Part shown: positions 1 through 10,204 of the stretch, piece by piece | Layout of the letters: the number at the start of each line of letters is the position of its first letter | How positions within the stretch are numbered: the first letter of the stretch is position 1 | From: a virus | Lineage: Duplodnaviria > Heunggongvirae > Uroviricota > Caudoviricetes | Virus record (IMG/VR): IMGVR_UViG_2687453454_000003 | Location: 1,823 to 65,822 of that record | Reading direction: 5' to 3' (one strand) | DNA: 64,000 nt | Program-made: the position numbers and the translations under genes | The notes under the pieces: generated by a model | The model's database searches: none | Seen by the model: the letters and a program-made list of their open reading frames with translations, nothing else | Told to the model about the DNA's origin: nothing

Positions 1-284
1 AGCGCGTCCTGTGCGCATATACGCCGATAATCAACACATCACCACCACTCTGTCTCATGTAGAGAACAGTTTTATGGTATCCCCCCGCCATCGTGTGCAT
101 ACTGGTCGGACGTAGTTGCAAAATTTTTTGCAACTGATACCCCTCGCGCGCGTACTTGTCTCGAAATTGGTGTTTTGCTGTGGCAGTGATATCAGAAAAA
201 TCTTCCTGTTTCACATAAAGCGGATATGCGCGTACTGTAACGGCCCCATCAACGGGGATCGGATTTGAAATCCCGACCCAAGCT

Positions 285-704
285 ATGTACCAAATGCCAT
301 GTCTTGGATATATGATGATTGCCATTCTAAACAAAGCTAAAGGGAGGGTTGGTGTGAATGCTCAGGCTGTCATCATGGTTTTCCTTGGTCTGATTGTCGC
401 AAAACTATATCCAGACTGGTGGAAAGGGGCATTAGCAACTGTCGCCATCTATTTGCTTTTATCCGTCGTTAAGCGATCGTTCGTTAAGACCGTAAATCAA
501 GCAAAACGTTTCTCATTTAAGAATTTAATAAACTATATTACTGGGCTTATTTTTTGCCTTTCAATTTTGATCGCCTCAGCTTTTTTGCCCGTATCAATAG
601 CTAATTTTTTTGGCGCACCATATGAGGTAGGTTATCTATTCTCTGTTTTTTGTCTTGTTCTTTCCCTTCTTTACCTATGGATGAGAGCAAAGAACAAAAA
701 TTAG
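285..704 (+). CDS. hypothetical small integral membrane protein, AT-rich
   Basis: ORF track; translation dominated by hydrophobic stretches (IMVFLGLIVAKL, IYLLLSVV, GLIFCLSILIASAFLPV, LFSVFCLVLSLLYLW); true start probably an internal Met; no family recognised. Confidence 0.3.
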   Translation: MYQMPCLGYMMIAILNKAKGRVGVNAQAVIMVFLGLIVAKLYPDWWKGALATVAIYLLLSVVKRSFVKTVNQAKRFSFKNLINYITGLIFCLSILIASAFLPVSIANFFGAPYEVGYLFSVFCLVLSLLYLWMRAKNKN

Positions 705-722
705 CCATCCATGGCTAACCAG

Positions 723-1700
723 TTATTGAGCTTCTTTTTGTGATGCCTGTGCGACTCTGGTGAGCGATTGTGTGACCGTACTGATCGCTCTGTCATATGC
801 TGTGCTACCTTTTGGCGTATTTGCCAGACGTAACAAGGCATTTCGTATAACAGGGCTTTCGTATGCCTTCGCTGCTCCGCCTACGGCACCAGCAGCAGGA
901 ACAACAAACGCAGCCGTTTTTAGCATCCCCGCTAATACTGCTGCGTTTATGATGCCACCACCAACTAACAATCCATAAAGCTGCTGACCATTTAAGTTTT
1001 GAACGTTCGCTTTTGCCGCGTGTCTTGTATCGTTGAGGTATTTAATAACGCCGTCCAGTTCCTTTCCATGTACGCCTTTAAAGAAAGTTGCTGATTGCTT
1101 CCTGTTCCGGTGTAACGCATTAATAAACTTCTCAACACTGATATTTCCAGACGGATCAGTCGCCTTATCTACAGCATTCTGAACTATGGCTGCTCGTGCG
1201 TTTTGCCTACCATTGTCATCCAGAAGCCTGTAAAGCTGAGAACGTTCTGATGGGCTTTGGCTAAAAACGAGTTTTGTTACATCCTCAGGCGTGGCCTTGC
1301 CGCTGGCTATTGCCTTTTGAACGCGCGTTCTTCCCATCATGTCATTGAATTTAGACCATGAGCGATCAACCCTTGCCATATTAATGGCTTCGTCTGCTCC
1401 AAGATTTTTGGCTACGGCTTTTTTCATATCCGCCGTATATGCCTTGTAGATAATATCGCTGGCTTTCTGGAGCGTATCTTTATCAACAGTGTCAGATGAC
1501 GCCATAAATCGCTTTCGAAGATCGGTTCTGTTTTCCCTCGCCAGACGCAGGTCATTTGGTCCGCTGGTGATATCGTCTTTAAATTGCTGCAAGACTTTTA
1601 CCGCGGCTCTATCCTGAGATTTGCCCGGGCGGCTTAACACGGCAATCTGATTGTCGATAGCTTTTACCGTGTTTGAGAGATCGACAGGGGTATCCCCCAT
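723..1700 (-). CDS. hypothetical protein (325 aa) with Gly/Ala-rich hydrophobic segment near C-terminus
   Basis: ORF track; last gene of a co-directional operon; segment LYGLLVGGGIINAAVLAGMLKTAAFVVPAAGAVGGAAKAY resembles a glycine-zipper membrane segment. Confidence 0.45.
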   Translation of the reverse strand: MGDTPVDLSNTVKAIDNQIAVLSRPGKSQDRAAVKVLQQFKDDITSGPNDLRLARENRTDLRKRFMASSDTVDKDTLQKASDIIYKAYTADMKKAVAKNLGADEAINMARVDRSWSKFNDMMGRTRVQKAIASGKATPEDVTKLVFSQSPSERSQLYRLLDDNGRQNARAAIVQNAVDKATDPSGNISVEKFINALHRNRKQSATFFKGVHGKELDGVIKYLNDTRHAAKANVQNLNGQQLYGLLVGGGIINAAVLAGMLKTAAFVVPAAGAVGGAAKAYESPVIRNALLRLANTPKGSTAYDRAISTVTQSLTRVAQASQKEAQ

Positions 1701-1849
1701 AGCGTCAATTATGCGGTTATATCGCTTTCCTGCTGCCTCAATGAATTTTTGTTGCCCTTTAGTCGCAGATTCATAAAGCTGTTTATCAGAAATGCCACCC
1801 AGACCATCGCTAAATGTTCTGACTAAATTTTCTCGTGCTTGTTGTTGAT

Positions 1850-2827
1850 TCAGCCGATTCTTACCGGTTCCAAAAAAAGAACTCTTTCGCCTAATGTCTG
1901 AGCCTGACTCTGCATAAAGGTTTTATCTTTCAGCATGTCACTGGTCATTAACGGCAGATTTCTTTCCGATGCAAAGTCGACAGCAGCCTTTGCTTCAGGC
2001 GACATATCACCACGAACAGCCCTCGAAACCGCACTCGCTGTATTTTCCAGCCCCTTACCAATACCACCAATGCCAGCAGAAATTACCGTTTGTAACGGAT
2101 CAATATCTTCTCCACCAGCAAGGCTGGTGGCTCCCTGTAGTGCTAAATCTGTAGCTGCTGATTTTCCTATGGCACCAAGCACCGTTCCAGCCCTGCCCAC
2201 TGGTGTAAACGCCAACGCATTAGCAAGAAACGAAGTCAGGTCTTGCGGTGATAAACCCGGCTTGTTCAGGGCATAATCACCTGATGGCAGAGAAACGATA
2301 GTATTCCCCTTCTCATCCTGCCTTAATGTCGCCCCCATTCCCTGAAGAATCTTTTCCTGAGACGCGTCAGAGCCGAAAAGTTGAGACCATCCAGCCTTTA
2401 GGGCATCCATGCTTAGTGAGTTCAATTCTGGGGCAGAGGTGACATTTTGCAGTCTCTCCATCTCTGGAGTCATTCGGCTTTCGCCTGTTATAGCATCGCG
2501 CATCGCAGCCCCAAGACTGGCTCCCTGTTCTGCTGAACGCTCAAGCCCCTCTCTTTGCTGAGTAGCTAACTTTGCATACCCTGACGCAAGAGAATTATCA
2601 GATGATGTATGTTGAATATTTTGAGTTGCTGATTGGGATCGGTCTATTTCATTCGTTGATGGTAGTGGATAGGCAGCATAAAAAGCCTGCTTAGCCTGCT
2701 CTACACTTTCTCCGGCTTGCGGGGCAACGACTTCATTGAAGTATTGCTCCTGAGCCTGCGCTTTTTGTTCTGGTGCTAACGCCTGATACTGTGGAGAGGC
2801 GATAACATCTTTCCATGCTTTAGCCAT
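1850..2827 (-). CDS. hypothetical protein (325 aa), Gly-rich internal segment
   Basis: ORF track; start codon overlaps stop of upstream 473-aa gene at 2827 (translational coupling); GxxxG-rich segment AGIGGIGKGLENTASAV. Confidence 0.45.
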   Translation of the reverse strand: MAKAWKDVIASPQYQALAPEQKAQAQEQYFNEVVAPQAGESVEQAKQAFYAAYPLPSTNEIDRSQSATQNIQHTSSDNSLASGYAKLATQQREGLERSAEQGASLGAAMRDAITGESRMTPEMERLQNVTSAPELNSLSMDALKAGWSQLFGSDASQEKILQGMGATLRQDEKGNTIVSLPSGDYALNKPGLSPQDLTSFLANALAFTPVGRAGTVLGAIGKSAATDLALQGATSLAGGEDIDPLQTVISAGIGGIGKGLENTASAVSRAVRGDMSPEAKAAVDFASERNLPLMTSDMLKDKTFMQSQAQTLGERVLFLEPVRIG

Positions 2828-4248
2828 TAATCACCCCATAGTGAAGAAAAGTTACTGCTGGCTGCTGGCTGTGATACCTGCTCAGATTGCGGCAATGTCT
2901 GCGACGAAGAAGAAGTTCCTCTGTCAACTGCTGAAATAACCCGCAAAGCATCATAAGCTCGACCAGAAGCAGCTTTCAGCGAATTGAACTGGTTTTCCAT
3001 CTTCCGGCGCTTGGTATCAATGGTTTTTGTGGAGTCGCCAGGCTGAGGGAAATACATTTGATAATATTTTGACATTTCAGCAGGTGCGATAGCTGCCCCT
3101 GTTTCCTGACGGAGTATTGCCATTATTGCGTCATTAGCATTAACAACGTATTGCTGCTCTGTTGGGCTGAGCGTTAAGTTAGCCAGCGTCCCATTACCCA
3201 AAGCATTATTAATGATCGCCACTCGCTGTGGGCTAAGCTGGTCTTTCAGTGTATCTATTGAATCAAGAGCATCCCTAACCCTGTATGCAAATCCAGCAGC
3301 TTTTTTAGCCCCTTCTGGCGACTTTTCCATGATCTTTTGGGCTGTTGGCAAAGCTATTGGACGAAACCCATCTCCAGATATTGGCTGGTTTAGTTTTCCC
3401 TGCTCTTCACTTCCGTCTGTGTAGTATTTTGTGACAGTGCCATCATCGTTTTCTCTAACACTCATTAATTTTTTGGCGTTTGTATTAATTCCAGCCGCTG
3501 CCGCAAATGCCGCCGCCCCCTCTGGATCCGCCTTTAACATTTGAGCGTACTGATTGTAATTCTGCATTGCTGCTGTTGGTGCATATGCTGACGTTAACGC
3601 ATTTGCTCGGCTAATATCCTGCCCTCTCGCCTGAAGTGCTTCGCCAGCCTGATTGCTGCGGATTGTCTCTGCCAACTTGCCACGCTCAATATCCCGACCT
3701 TCCATTTGATCTTTGATATCGAAATACTTCTCATGACCGAGAGAAAACAGTGCCATACTACCAGCAAGCCGCTGGAATCCCTGTGGATCATTAACATGCA
3801 TTTCGGCAACAGACTCAGGAGAAATTCCCAAGCGACGCATTTCATCTTCGTTATCTGCTATGAATTTTCCAAATGCCCCAGTTCCGAGCGAAGATGCGAT
3901 TTGAGCACTAGTCGCAAGATGACCAATAGAATTTCTCTGGTCGTCATCAATAAAGCCCATCCCTTTCTGAACGCTTTCAAATTCTTCTGGATACTCAGAA
4001 ATAAGACTGCGCATTTTGTTTCTGTCTCCAGACTCAAAAGCCCCGGCATATGCTTTCTGAAACTCTGCTTTACGCTGTTGTTGACGTGCCTGCTGATTAA
4101 TCTCAGCAACGCCTCTTAGCCCCTGTAGCGCCATTAAACCTACGTTTGGGTGCTGCTGATACTGCACAGGCTGAGGAACGGAAGAACGAGGAGCATTATC
4201 ATTTTGCGGTGCCATGCTAGGCAGCCCGCCAAGTTGCCATGTCGCCAT
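2827..4248 (-). CDS. hypothetical protein (473 aa)
   Basis: ORF track; ATGA-type overlap with both neighbours (4248 and 2827); no catalytic motif recognised. Confidence 0.5.
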   Translation of the reverse strand: MATWQLGGLPSMAPQNDNAPRSSVPQPVQYQQHPNVGLMALQGLRGVAEINQQARQQQRKAEFQKAYAGAFESGDRNKMRSLISEYPEEFESVQKGMGFIDDDQRNSIGHLATSAQIASSLGTGAFGKFIADNEDEMRRLGISPESVAEMHVNDPQGFQRLAGSMALFSLGHEKYFDIKDQMEGRDIERGKLAETIRSNQAGEALQARGQDISRANALTSAYAPTAAMQNYNQYAQMLKADPEGAAAFAAAAGINTNAKKLMSVRENDDGTVTKYYTDGSEEQGKLNQPISGDGFRPIALPTAQKIMEKSPEGAKKAAGFAYRVRDALDSIDTLKDQLSPQRVAIINNALGNGTLANLTLSPTEQQYVVNANDAIMAILRQETGAAIAPAEMSKYYQMYFPQPGDSTKTIDTKRRKMENQFNSLKAASGRAYDALRVISAVDRGTSSSSQTLPQSEQVSQPAASSNFSSLWGD

Positions 4249-4925
4249 TAGAATCCAAGCCCCCCAACAAGACCAATAAGCCCACCACCAATAGCCCCGG
4301 CGACATTACCTATACCCGGAACAACGGAACCAAGTTGCGCACCCGCTAAAGCGCCTGATGCCGCCCCACCAATACCACGCGCAAGACTGGATGGCTGCTG
4401 CGCCTGACCTGCACGAATAGCGCCAAGCCCCTGCAAGAGTTGCCCGGTATTATTGGCGTAGTTTTGCCCTGCTGTTGCCTGCCCTGATGCCGCATTCATC
4501 CCGACATTTAGCAGGTTTCCATAATTTTGCATTTGCCCACTGAGCCAATTGTTATAAAGCATGGGCGCAATGGAAGATAACTGGTTACTGGTAGCTGTTG
4601 AGCCAAGCCCCCCGGTAGCTTCTGCTGAGACAAGGTTCTGATAACGGGCCTGATCTGCCTGTGTTTTATATAAACCAGAACCAAAGAAATCATTCGCGGC
4701 TTTATTCTGCCCTTCCAGAGTCATCAGTCCTTGCAGTTGTTGTAAAGCAGGCAATCCGACTTCTGCATACGGCTTGAGATTATTCATCACCGTATTCCAC
4801 TGCTCGCGCTGCAAATCAATTGCCTGCTGCTGGGCCTTCGCCTGAGCTTTAGAGGCACCACCATCACCGCCTTTTTCGTATACGGCACGATTGAGATGTT
4901 TATGAGCTATATGGGTAATTAACAT
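4248..4925 (-). CDS. hypothetical protein (225 aa) with glycine-zipper C-terminal tail
   Basis: ORF track; C-terminus GIGGAASGALAGAQLGSVVPGIGNVAGAIGGGLIGLVGGLGF; overlaps upstream gene by 7 nt. Confidence 0.5.
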   Translation of the reverse strand: MLITHIAHKHLNRAVYEKGGDGGASKAQAKAQQQAIDLQREQWNTVMNNLKPYAEVGLPALQQLQGLMTLEGQNKAANDFFGSGLYKTQADQARYQNLVSAEATGGLGSTATSNQLSSIAPMLYNNWLSGQMQNYGNLLNVGMNAASGQATAGQNYANNTGQLLQGLGAIRAGQAQQPSSLARGIGGAASGALAGAQLGSVVPGIGNVAGAIGGGLIGLVGGLGF

Positions 4926-5380
4926 TCGCTGAATTCCTTATATTGTTGCCGAGTTAACTGATAAAGCGTTACGCCGACGGGTTTACCACATCTGATATAA
5001 GCATCATCAAGGTGACCAACACGGGTAGCGCCAAGCAAACGGATAATTGCCCGTCCATATTTCGTGGTGTCAGGAACCATAGTGATGCTGTTAAGGAATG
5101 GTGAGTTTTCGAGAAGCCATTTGCAGAATAATCGATGCCCTTGCAGTGCATATTCACCACGGAATCCGGGGTCGTACACCGCATGGCATTCAACAACGCT
5201 ATGCCAGAAGTTACGCACTTCATGAACGCCAGCCAGCACTAATCCTTCGTAGATGCCGAGATATACCGCATCAGGCTTGATGTAGTACGTGTGCCCCGGC
5301 TCAACAATATTTTCGGTATTGCCTGGCTCGTTAAGAAAGGCCTGTAATCGCACAGGGTTATCAATAAATTTTAGTTCCAT
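4919..5380 (-). CDS. hypothetical protein (153 aa)
   Basis: ORF track; first large gene of the 5380-to-723 operon; no family recognised. Confidence 0.45.
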   Translation of the reverse strand: MELKFIDNPVRLQAFLNEPGNTENIVEPGHTYYIKPDAVYLGIYEGLVLAGVHEVRNFWHSVVECHAVYDPGFRGEYALQGHRLFCKWLLENSPFLNSITMVPDTTKYGRAIIRLLGATRVGHLDDAYIRCGKPVGVTLYQLTRQQYKEFSEC

Positions 5381-5396
5381 GCGATGCCATCCATTT

Positions 5397-5558
5397 TCAC
5401 ATACAGCCTGCCAGCGCCTTATCTATTAACCCTCGTGCAATTTCATGCAGAGTTGGCGCTACTCCAATTCCTGATTTTTTACGCTGCTCTTCCTGAATTT
5501 TCTTTATCGCTTCCATTTGCTTCTCACTTATCAATACTGGCTTTACTGAAATAGCCAT
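5397..5558 (-). CDS. small ORF (53 aa) below the ORF-track cutoff, possible small DNA-binding/regulatory protein
   Basis: Hand translation MAISVKPVLISEKQMEAIKKIQEEQRKKSGIGVAPTLHEIARGLIDKALAGCM; ATG at 5558 preceded by SD-like AAGGGGGCG (RC of 5559-5570); ends 17 bp before the next gene. Confidence 0.35.
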   Translation of the reverse strand: MAISVKPVLISEKQMEAIKKIQEEQRKKSGIGVAPTLHEIARGLIDKALAGCM

Positions 5559-6006
5559 AACGCCCCCTTATAACTGTATAAAACAACAGTTATTATAGTT
5601 TCACAAATCGCAATATTCATCATCGTAATTGCAGAATATGAAACAAATAGCACAAAAAAATGCCACCGCTCAGTAGCTGGTGGCGTCGTTCTGTGTGTCA
5701 GGTTTTGACAGGTTTTTTATGGACTCTAAAAACTATATTTATGGTGTCGCATTACTCTTCACGGCAGGCGCTTTTCAGTTCTGCCCTTGCTTCTGGCTCC
5801 ATTGGTAATTTGATTCGCGATCAGCTATGCGGATGGTTTGCTGAACAGGCATAACAACTTCTCAGAGGCTGTTTTTTGAACTACGAAAATTTCGTAGTGC
5901 TCACTTTCAAAAACGTCACGCCCTTGTACACAGGATTTTACGAAAGTCTCGTAAAACACTCTCTGATGCCAGCCAGGTGTTGTGCGCATCAATTCAGTCA
6001 CATTGT

Positions 6007-6117
6007 GTTGGTTCAAAATACCGTGTTGTTGGTTCAGTGTTGGTTCAATAAAAAGAATAAAATCCTTATAAAACAATACCCTTTACAAATTGAACCAACT
6101 GAACCAACTGAACCAAC
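6007..6117. repeat. iteron cluster: three GTTGGTTCA copies (6007-6015, 6028-6036, 6039-6047) and three tandem inverted copies TGAACCAAC (6091-6099, 6100-6108, 6109-6117); putative satellite ori / primase-binding region
   Basis: Direct reading of sequence; lies immediately downstream of the primase-helicase gene, as for the P4 ori relative to alpha. Confidence 0.6.
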
Positions 6118-6142
6118 ACCTTTTCTACGCACATGAAGAAGC

Positions 6143-8902
6143 TCATTCTTCAGATGAGTTATAATCTCCTGGCTGGTAATTGAGTACATAAACGTTTATT
6201 TGTCGTCCCTGAATACGTGGTGATTTTCTTTGGTATCCACGACCGCTGTTTGGTGGGGTTAGCATCCCGGCTTTTTTCAACACTTCAGCAAACTGTTTTG
6301 CGTTGAAACCACATGCGATCTCCTTTTCAAATGTGGCCGGGAATGTGTAGAAAATCATTGGGCTTTCGTCATGTTCTCCACGCTGACGGTATCCGGCTAA
6401 ATCTTTGATGGGCAAATCTGCCGGGCTGTATGGAAATGGTGCAAAACGGCTAAGCCCATAGGCATTAAGAAATGCCTCCGTTTGTTCAATAATCTGCTGA
6501 TGTTCTTTGTTACCTGTGCCGAACTCGCGCAACCATGCGTTATAGCTGTGCTGTATCGCATCACGGCATGTCTGAGCATCCCAGCCTGTTACAACCTCGC
6601 CTAACAGCAATGCGGCCTCCAGAATGGCAAATCGCGCGGCTACACGGTGAACCTGCTCACCATAATCGGATGGGATCAGGTTTCTCCATCTGCTTTCGCA
6701 ATCACGAACGGTTTTAATAGCCTGTTGCTGGTGGTCTGCCAGCCATTTAATCCACTCACGCCCGGCTGCGCCGTGGTGATGCTGGTAAGCGTCTTTCAGT
6801 GCGTCTGCGTGCTGTTTTCCGTTCTGGTAATCGTGAAAGCGTACTGCTTTACTCAACGGAATATTCAGCAGTCGCACCAGTTGCCCGGCTTTGGTTTTTC
6901 GCCCGGAAGTAGCGATAAATGTTTCTAAATCCATTTCTCCGGTGCTGATTGCCACTGTACGCCAGCGTTTTAGATCCCGGTTTCCACCATCTTTAGCGCC
7001 TTGCAGTTTCCCTACACCGTTAAATAACGCATAGGCAGACTGTGAAACGCTGACAGGATCAGCGCCCTGACCAACTTCATCAAGCGGCATTAGTCCGTCA
7101 TTGTGGGCGGCGGCCTCATTTGCCAGCCCCAGCGCGGTTCCGTACCACGTCAGCCGCAGTAAATCAGGGTTGCCGTATAAGCTGCTCGCCACGTTTGCCG
7201 TGGTGGTCTTACCTGCGCTCGACTGCTCATAGAAATGAATGCCGAACCCGTCAGCGCCCACCAGCCCAATCAATGGCGCTGCCAGTGCTGCGCCGATCCC
7301 GGTCATCATTGAATAGTTACCAAAGGCCAGACGCGCCACGTTATCACGCCAGCTTTTCGCGCTCCCTGAGACGGTATATCCGGCTGCGGCTGAGCTTCTC
7401 CCGCTGAACAGCACAGGATTTTCAGGTGTTCCGATGATTTCCCCATCAGGCATGATGTACGCTCCGCATTGCCATCCAGTGGCATGAGCAACACGCCACA
7501 ATTCACGAGAGCCACTGCGTTGTAGCCAGTCTGCCAGTATTGCTCTGAGGCTGCTTTTGGTCGTGACATTTACCCCACCAGCTTTAAGTGTGCGCCATCC
7601 TTCACGTTCACCAATATCAGCCAGTGGAATGGCAGCGGTTGTCGGCGTTTCAGAACCAAACGACAGCCAGCGAAGAATGAGATACTGGTCTTTATCGTCT
7701 CTGCCAGTACCGATAACGCTTAACGGAGAACATAACCAGCTTTCGTTATTGATGATTTCTCCACTCTGGCTGTCAGCTCTCGGAGATACCCAATAAATAC
7801 CATCCTCGCGGCTTTCTATTCTTGGTTTCAGTGGGTCGGTATCCATAACCTTAAAATCGCTTCCCTCAATGGTCTGTGGCTCCTGTTTCACGCCATTACC
7901 CTGTGGTTGGTACATTGACTTATTGAACGCTTCTGTGGCGCATTTAATGCCGTGTTTTTGGTGGTAATCATTCCAGTCTGCTTTGTGATCTGTCGGGGGT
8001 AATGCCACCCATCCAGAAACAGATAAAGCTGCTTTTTCTGCTGCTATTCTCCCCGTGTTTTGTCTTCCTTCGCTGTGGTCGTTATCCGCAGCAATGATGA
8101 TTTGTGCTGAAGGAAATTTATCCCGCAGTACCTGGGCGACATATAACAGGTTCCCGGCATCAATCGCCGCCACTGTCAGCGCCTCTGGACGAATTAAATG
8201 GGCAGATAATGCCGTTGCCAGCCCTTCTGCGATTAAGATGCTCTGTGTTGTTTCTGGCGCGTTTATGGCGTGATATGCCCCCCGCTTTGCTGAACCTGTC
8301 AGGAGTCTTTTTTCACCATGTGATGTAATAGTCTGTGCTGCTGTGACTGCGCCGGATTTATCCACCAGCGCCAGCAACAGAGATCCATCGGGCAACACGG
8401 GGAATGTAAAATCACCTACCCCTTTCGCAACCAGATAATCAGATTTGCCGTTTACAGCCTTTCTGCGCATGTCATCAAACTGACGGGAAAACGTATCCCG
8501 TCTTTGTTGTTCGTCCTTCTCTGCCCTTTTCAGGCGCTCCTGTTCGCGTCGCTGGCGCTCGGTTTCCAGTTGTTCCCGTTTCTGGCTGGTGGCTTCTGGT
8601 GTTTCCGTTGTCCGGTAATCAATACCCAGAACATCAGCGGCAAGAAGCGCCGCCTCTGTTGTGTCGCAGTTATTTACGCGTTTAATTAAATCCAGCCCAT
8701 CACCAGCGCCGCACTGATTACAGATGAAGCTACCGCGCCCGTTGTCATCGAACCGGAATCGATCTTTGCCCCCACATGCAGGGCAGGGAGCATGACGGCG
8801 CGGAGAGTCAGGGACATTTATGTTCAGGCAGCCCAGCACATGAGGCCAGTTGTTTTCAGACGCACTGATAACCTGACGGATAAGATCAATGTTTCGCATC
8901 AC
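6143..8902 (-). CDS. P4 alpha-like primase-helicase (zinc-binding primase + D5/P-loop helicase domain)
   Basis: N-terminal Cys cluster PCPACGG...CNQCG (zinc-binding primase type), Toprim-like acidic region (IIIAADNDHSEG), C-terminal P-loop YEQSSAGKTT; 919 aa. Confidence 0.8.
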   Translation of the reverse strand: MMRNIDLIRQVISASENNWPHVLGCLNINVPDSPRRHAPCPACGGKDRFRFDDNGRGSFICNQCGAGDGLDLIKRVNNCDTTEAALLAADVLGIDYRTTETPEATSQKREQLETERQRREQERLKRAEKDEQQRRDTFSRQFDDMRRKAVNGKSDYLVAKGVGDFTFPVLPDGSLLLALVDKSGAVTAAQTITSHGEKRLLTGSAKRGAYHAINAPETTQSILIAEGLATALSAHLIRPEALTVAAIDAGNLLYVAQVLRDKFPSAQIIIAADNDHSEGRQNTGRIAAEKAALSVSGWVALPPTDHKADWNDYHQKHGIKCATEAFNKSMYQPQGNGVKQEPQTIEGSDFKVMDTDPLKPRIESREDGIYWVSPRADSQSGEIINNESWLCSPLSVIGTGRDDKDQYLILRWLSFGSETPTTAAIPLADIGEREGWRTLKAGGVNVTTKSSLRAILADWLQRSGSRELWRVAHATGWQCGAYIMPDGEIIGTPENPVLFSGRSSAAAGYTVSGSAKSWRDNVARLAFGNYSMMTGIGAALAAPLIGLVGADGFGIHFYEQSSAGKTTTANVASSLYGNPDLLRLTWYGTALGLANEAAAHNDGLMPLDEVGQGADPVSVSQSAYALFNGVGKLQGAKDGGNRDLKRWRTVAISTGEMDLETFIATSGRKTKAGQLVRLLNIPLSKAVRFHDYQNGKQHADALKDAYQHHHGAAGREWIKWLADHQQQAIKTVRDCESRWRNLIPSDYGEQVHRVAARFAILEAALLLGEVVTGWDAQTCRDAIQHSYNAWLREFGTGNKEHQQIIEQTEAFLNAYGLSRFAPFPYSPADLPIKDLAGYRQRGEHDESPMIFYTFPATFEKEIACGFNAKQFAEVLKKAGMLTPPNSGRGYQRKSPRIQGRQINVYVLNYQPGDYNSSEE

Positions 8903-9257
8903 CGTACCCCATGTGGTCTATAGCGTTTGCGATATGGCTAACCAGCATCTGCCACTTGGTTATTCCGTAATCAGTCAGCATGCCATCATTGTTTAGCCAC
9001 ATATCAAATTCAGCGGTTGTCGCAAGTTTCCACTTATCGCCGTGGACAGTCCTCATTGCTGGGTACATGAATGCGCAAATCAGATCACAAACATCTGACG
9101 GCTTCAGAGATGTAGTAATGGTGCGTCCCTCTGGCGTCTGAATTGCCATTTTCTCTTCACCAGTAGAATGAAGGTTATGAATCCACACAGCACCAGCAAT
9201 CTTTGCCACCTGCTCTCCGATTGCGGAGCTAAGCGCCATTTCTGCATTTTCACGCAT
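8886..9257 (-). CDS. hypothetical small protein
   Basis: ORF track; part of tightly packed co-directional array with overlapping start/stop codons; start uncertain. Confidence 0.35.
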   Translation of the reverse strand: MRENAEMALSSAIGEQVAKIAGAVWIHNLHSTGEEKMAIQTPEGRTITTSLKPSDVCDLICAFMYPAMRTVHGDKWKLATTAEFDMWLNNDGMLTDYGITKWQMLVSHIANAIDHMGYGDAKH

Positions 9258-9591
9258 GAGAACCTCCCGCTACAGTTGCGCCCATGTCATTAACCATGCT
9301 TTGCCATATCTCACGCCCGACGTCAGTCAATCCGTCCTTAGTGACGCAACGCTCAAGAAGCTCGATCCCCACGGTTTCCCACTGCGGGTAGAACACTTTC
9401 ATGGCTGCCAGTGTGTAGCTATCGATCAGGCTGCGAACGCCTTTTACTCCATTAACGATTTCCACACGTACGGCCTCGCCGTCCGCATCAACCATGAAAT
9501 AGTCCCCGCCGCTGGTGGAGGTAATGTGGTTATACAGTGCCGACGCATACTTATTTGCCAGCGCATTCAGTCGGAAATTTTTAGTAATCAT
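9250..9591 (-). CDS. hypothetical small protein
   Basis: ORF track; coupled to neighbours. Confidence 0.35.
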   Translation of the reverse strand: MITKNFRLNALANKYASALYNHITSTSGGDYFMVDADGEAVRVEIVNGVKGVRSLIDSYTLAAMKVFYPQWETVGIELLERCVTKDGLTDVGREIWQSMVNDMGATVAGGSHA

Positions 9592-9601
9592 GGCTCCATC
9601 C

Positions 9602-10204
9602 TCAGTGCGTCACTGGTTCCGCTGGCATGCCGTTTTCATTCAGTTCAGCTATAAAGCTGTTGTGAAGTTCAGCAAGCGTTTCACGACCAAATGGAGTCAG
9701 TGCTCCTTGTTCCACATCCATCATGGCTCTGTAGAAAATGATGGCGCGTTCTGTGCCAGACTCGATGCCAAAACGTTCTATCATCGCTCCCTCAATGTTG
9801 TTTGCCATAGCGAGGCGCTCTGCTACTGGATACAGCGGCATGGCGACGATGCCGTTGGAATAAACAGCCACTTCGGAAGGATTGCCAGTATCATCAATGA
9901 TGCTGACAGTGCCGTTTTCCTCTCTCATTTCCAGCATGAATACTGTTGCGATCAGCCATCTCCACATAATGACGTTATGCTGTGATGTGTAATCGAAATA
10001 TCCCTGGTTGCCGCCATCGGCAATAGCGAGATGTATTGACATACCTTCATCTGGTTTATCGTCATAATCCCCGGCATCCAGACGATTTACGGCATCAATA
10101 TATGAGACGGCCTCAACGCGTTCTGTCATGCCATCGTTGCTGCGGTACATGATGTTTACGCCGTCAGGCGTTGCTTCTGTATGGAAAGTTAAGAAATTAT
10201 TCAT
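9602..10204 (-). CDS. hypothetical protein (200 aa; start refined to internal Met MNNFLTF)
   Basis: ATG at 10202-10204 preceded by GAGG-like SD; the ORF-track start at 10309 would overlap the upstream gene by about 100 nt. Confidence 0.4.
   Translation of the reverse strand: MNNFLTFHTEATPDGVNIMYRSNDGMTERVEAVSYIDAVNRLDAGDYDDKPDEGMSIHLAIADGGNQGYFDYTSQHNVIMWRWLIATVFMLEMREENGTVSIIDDTGNPSEVAVYSNGIVAMPLYPVAERLAMANNIEGAMIERFGIESGTERAIIFYRAMMDVEQGALTPFGRETLAELHNSFIAELNENGMPAEPVTH

Noticed and set aside
23-31. 9-bp match (gccgataat) to the att core near the window start
   Set aside because: Flanks do not match the tRNA 3' end; too short to distinguish from chance; not accepted as the left att of element B
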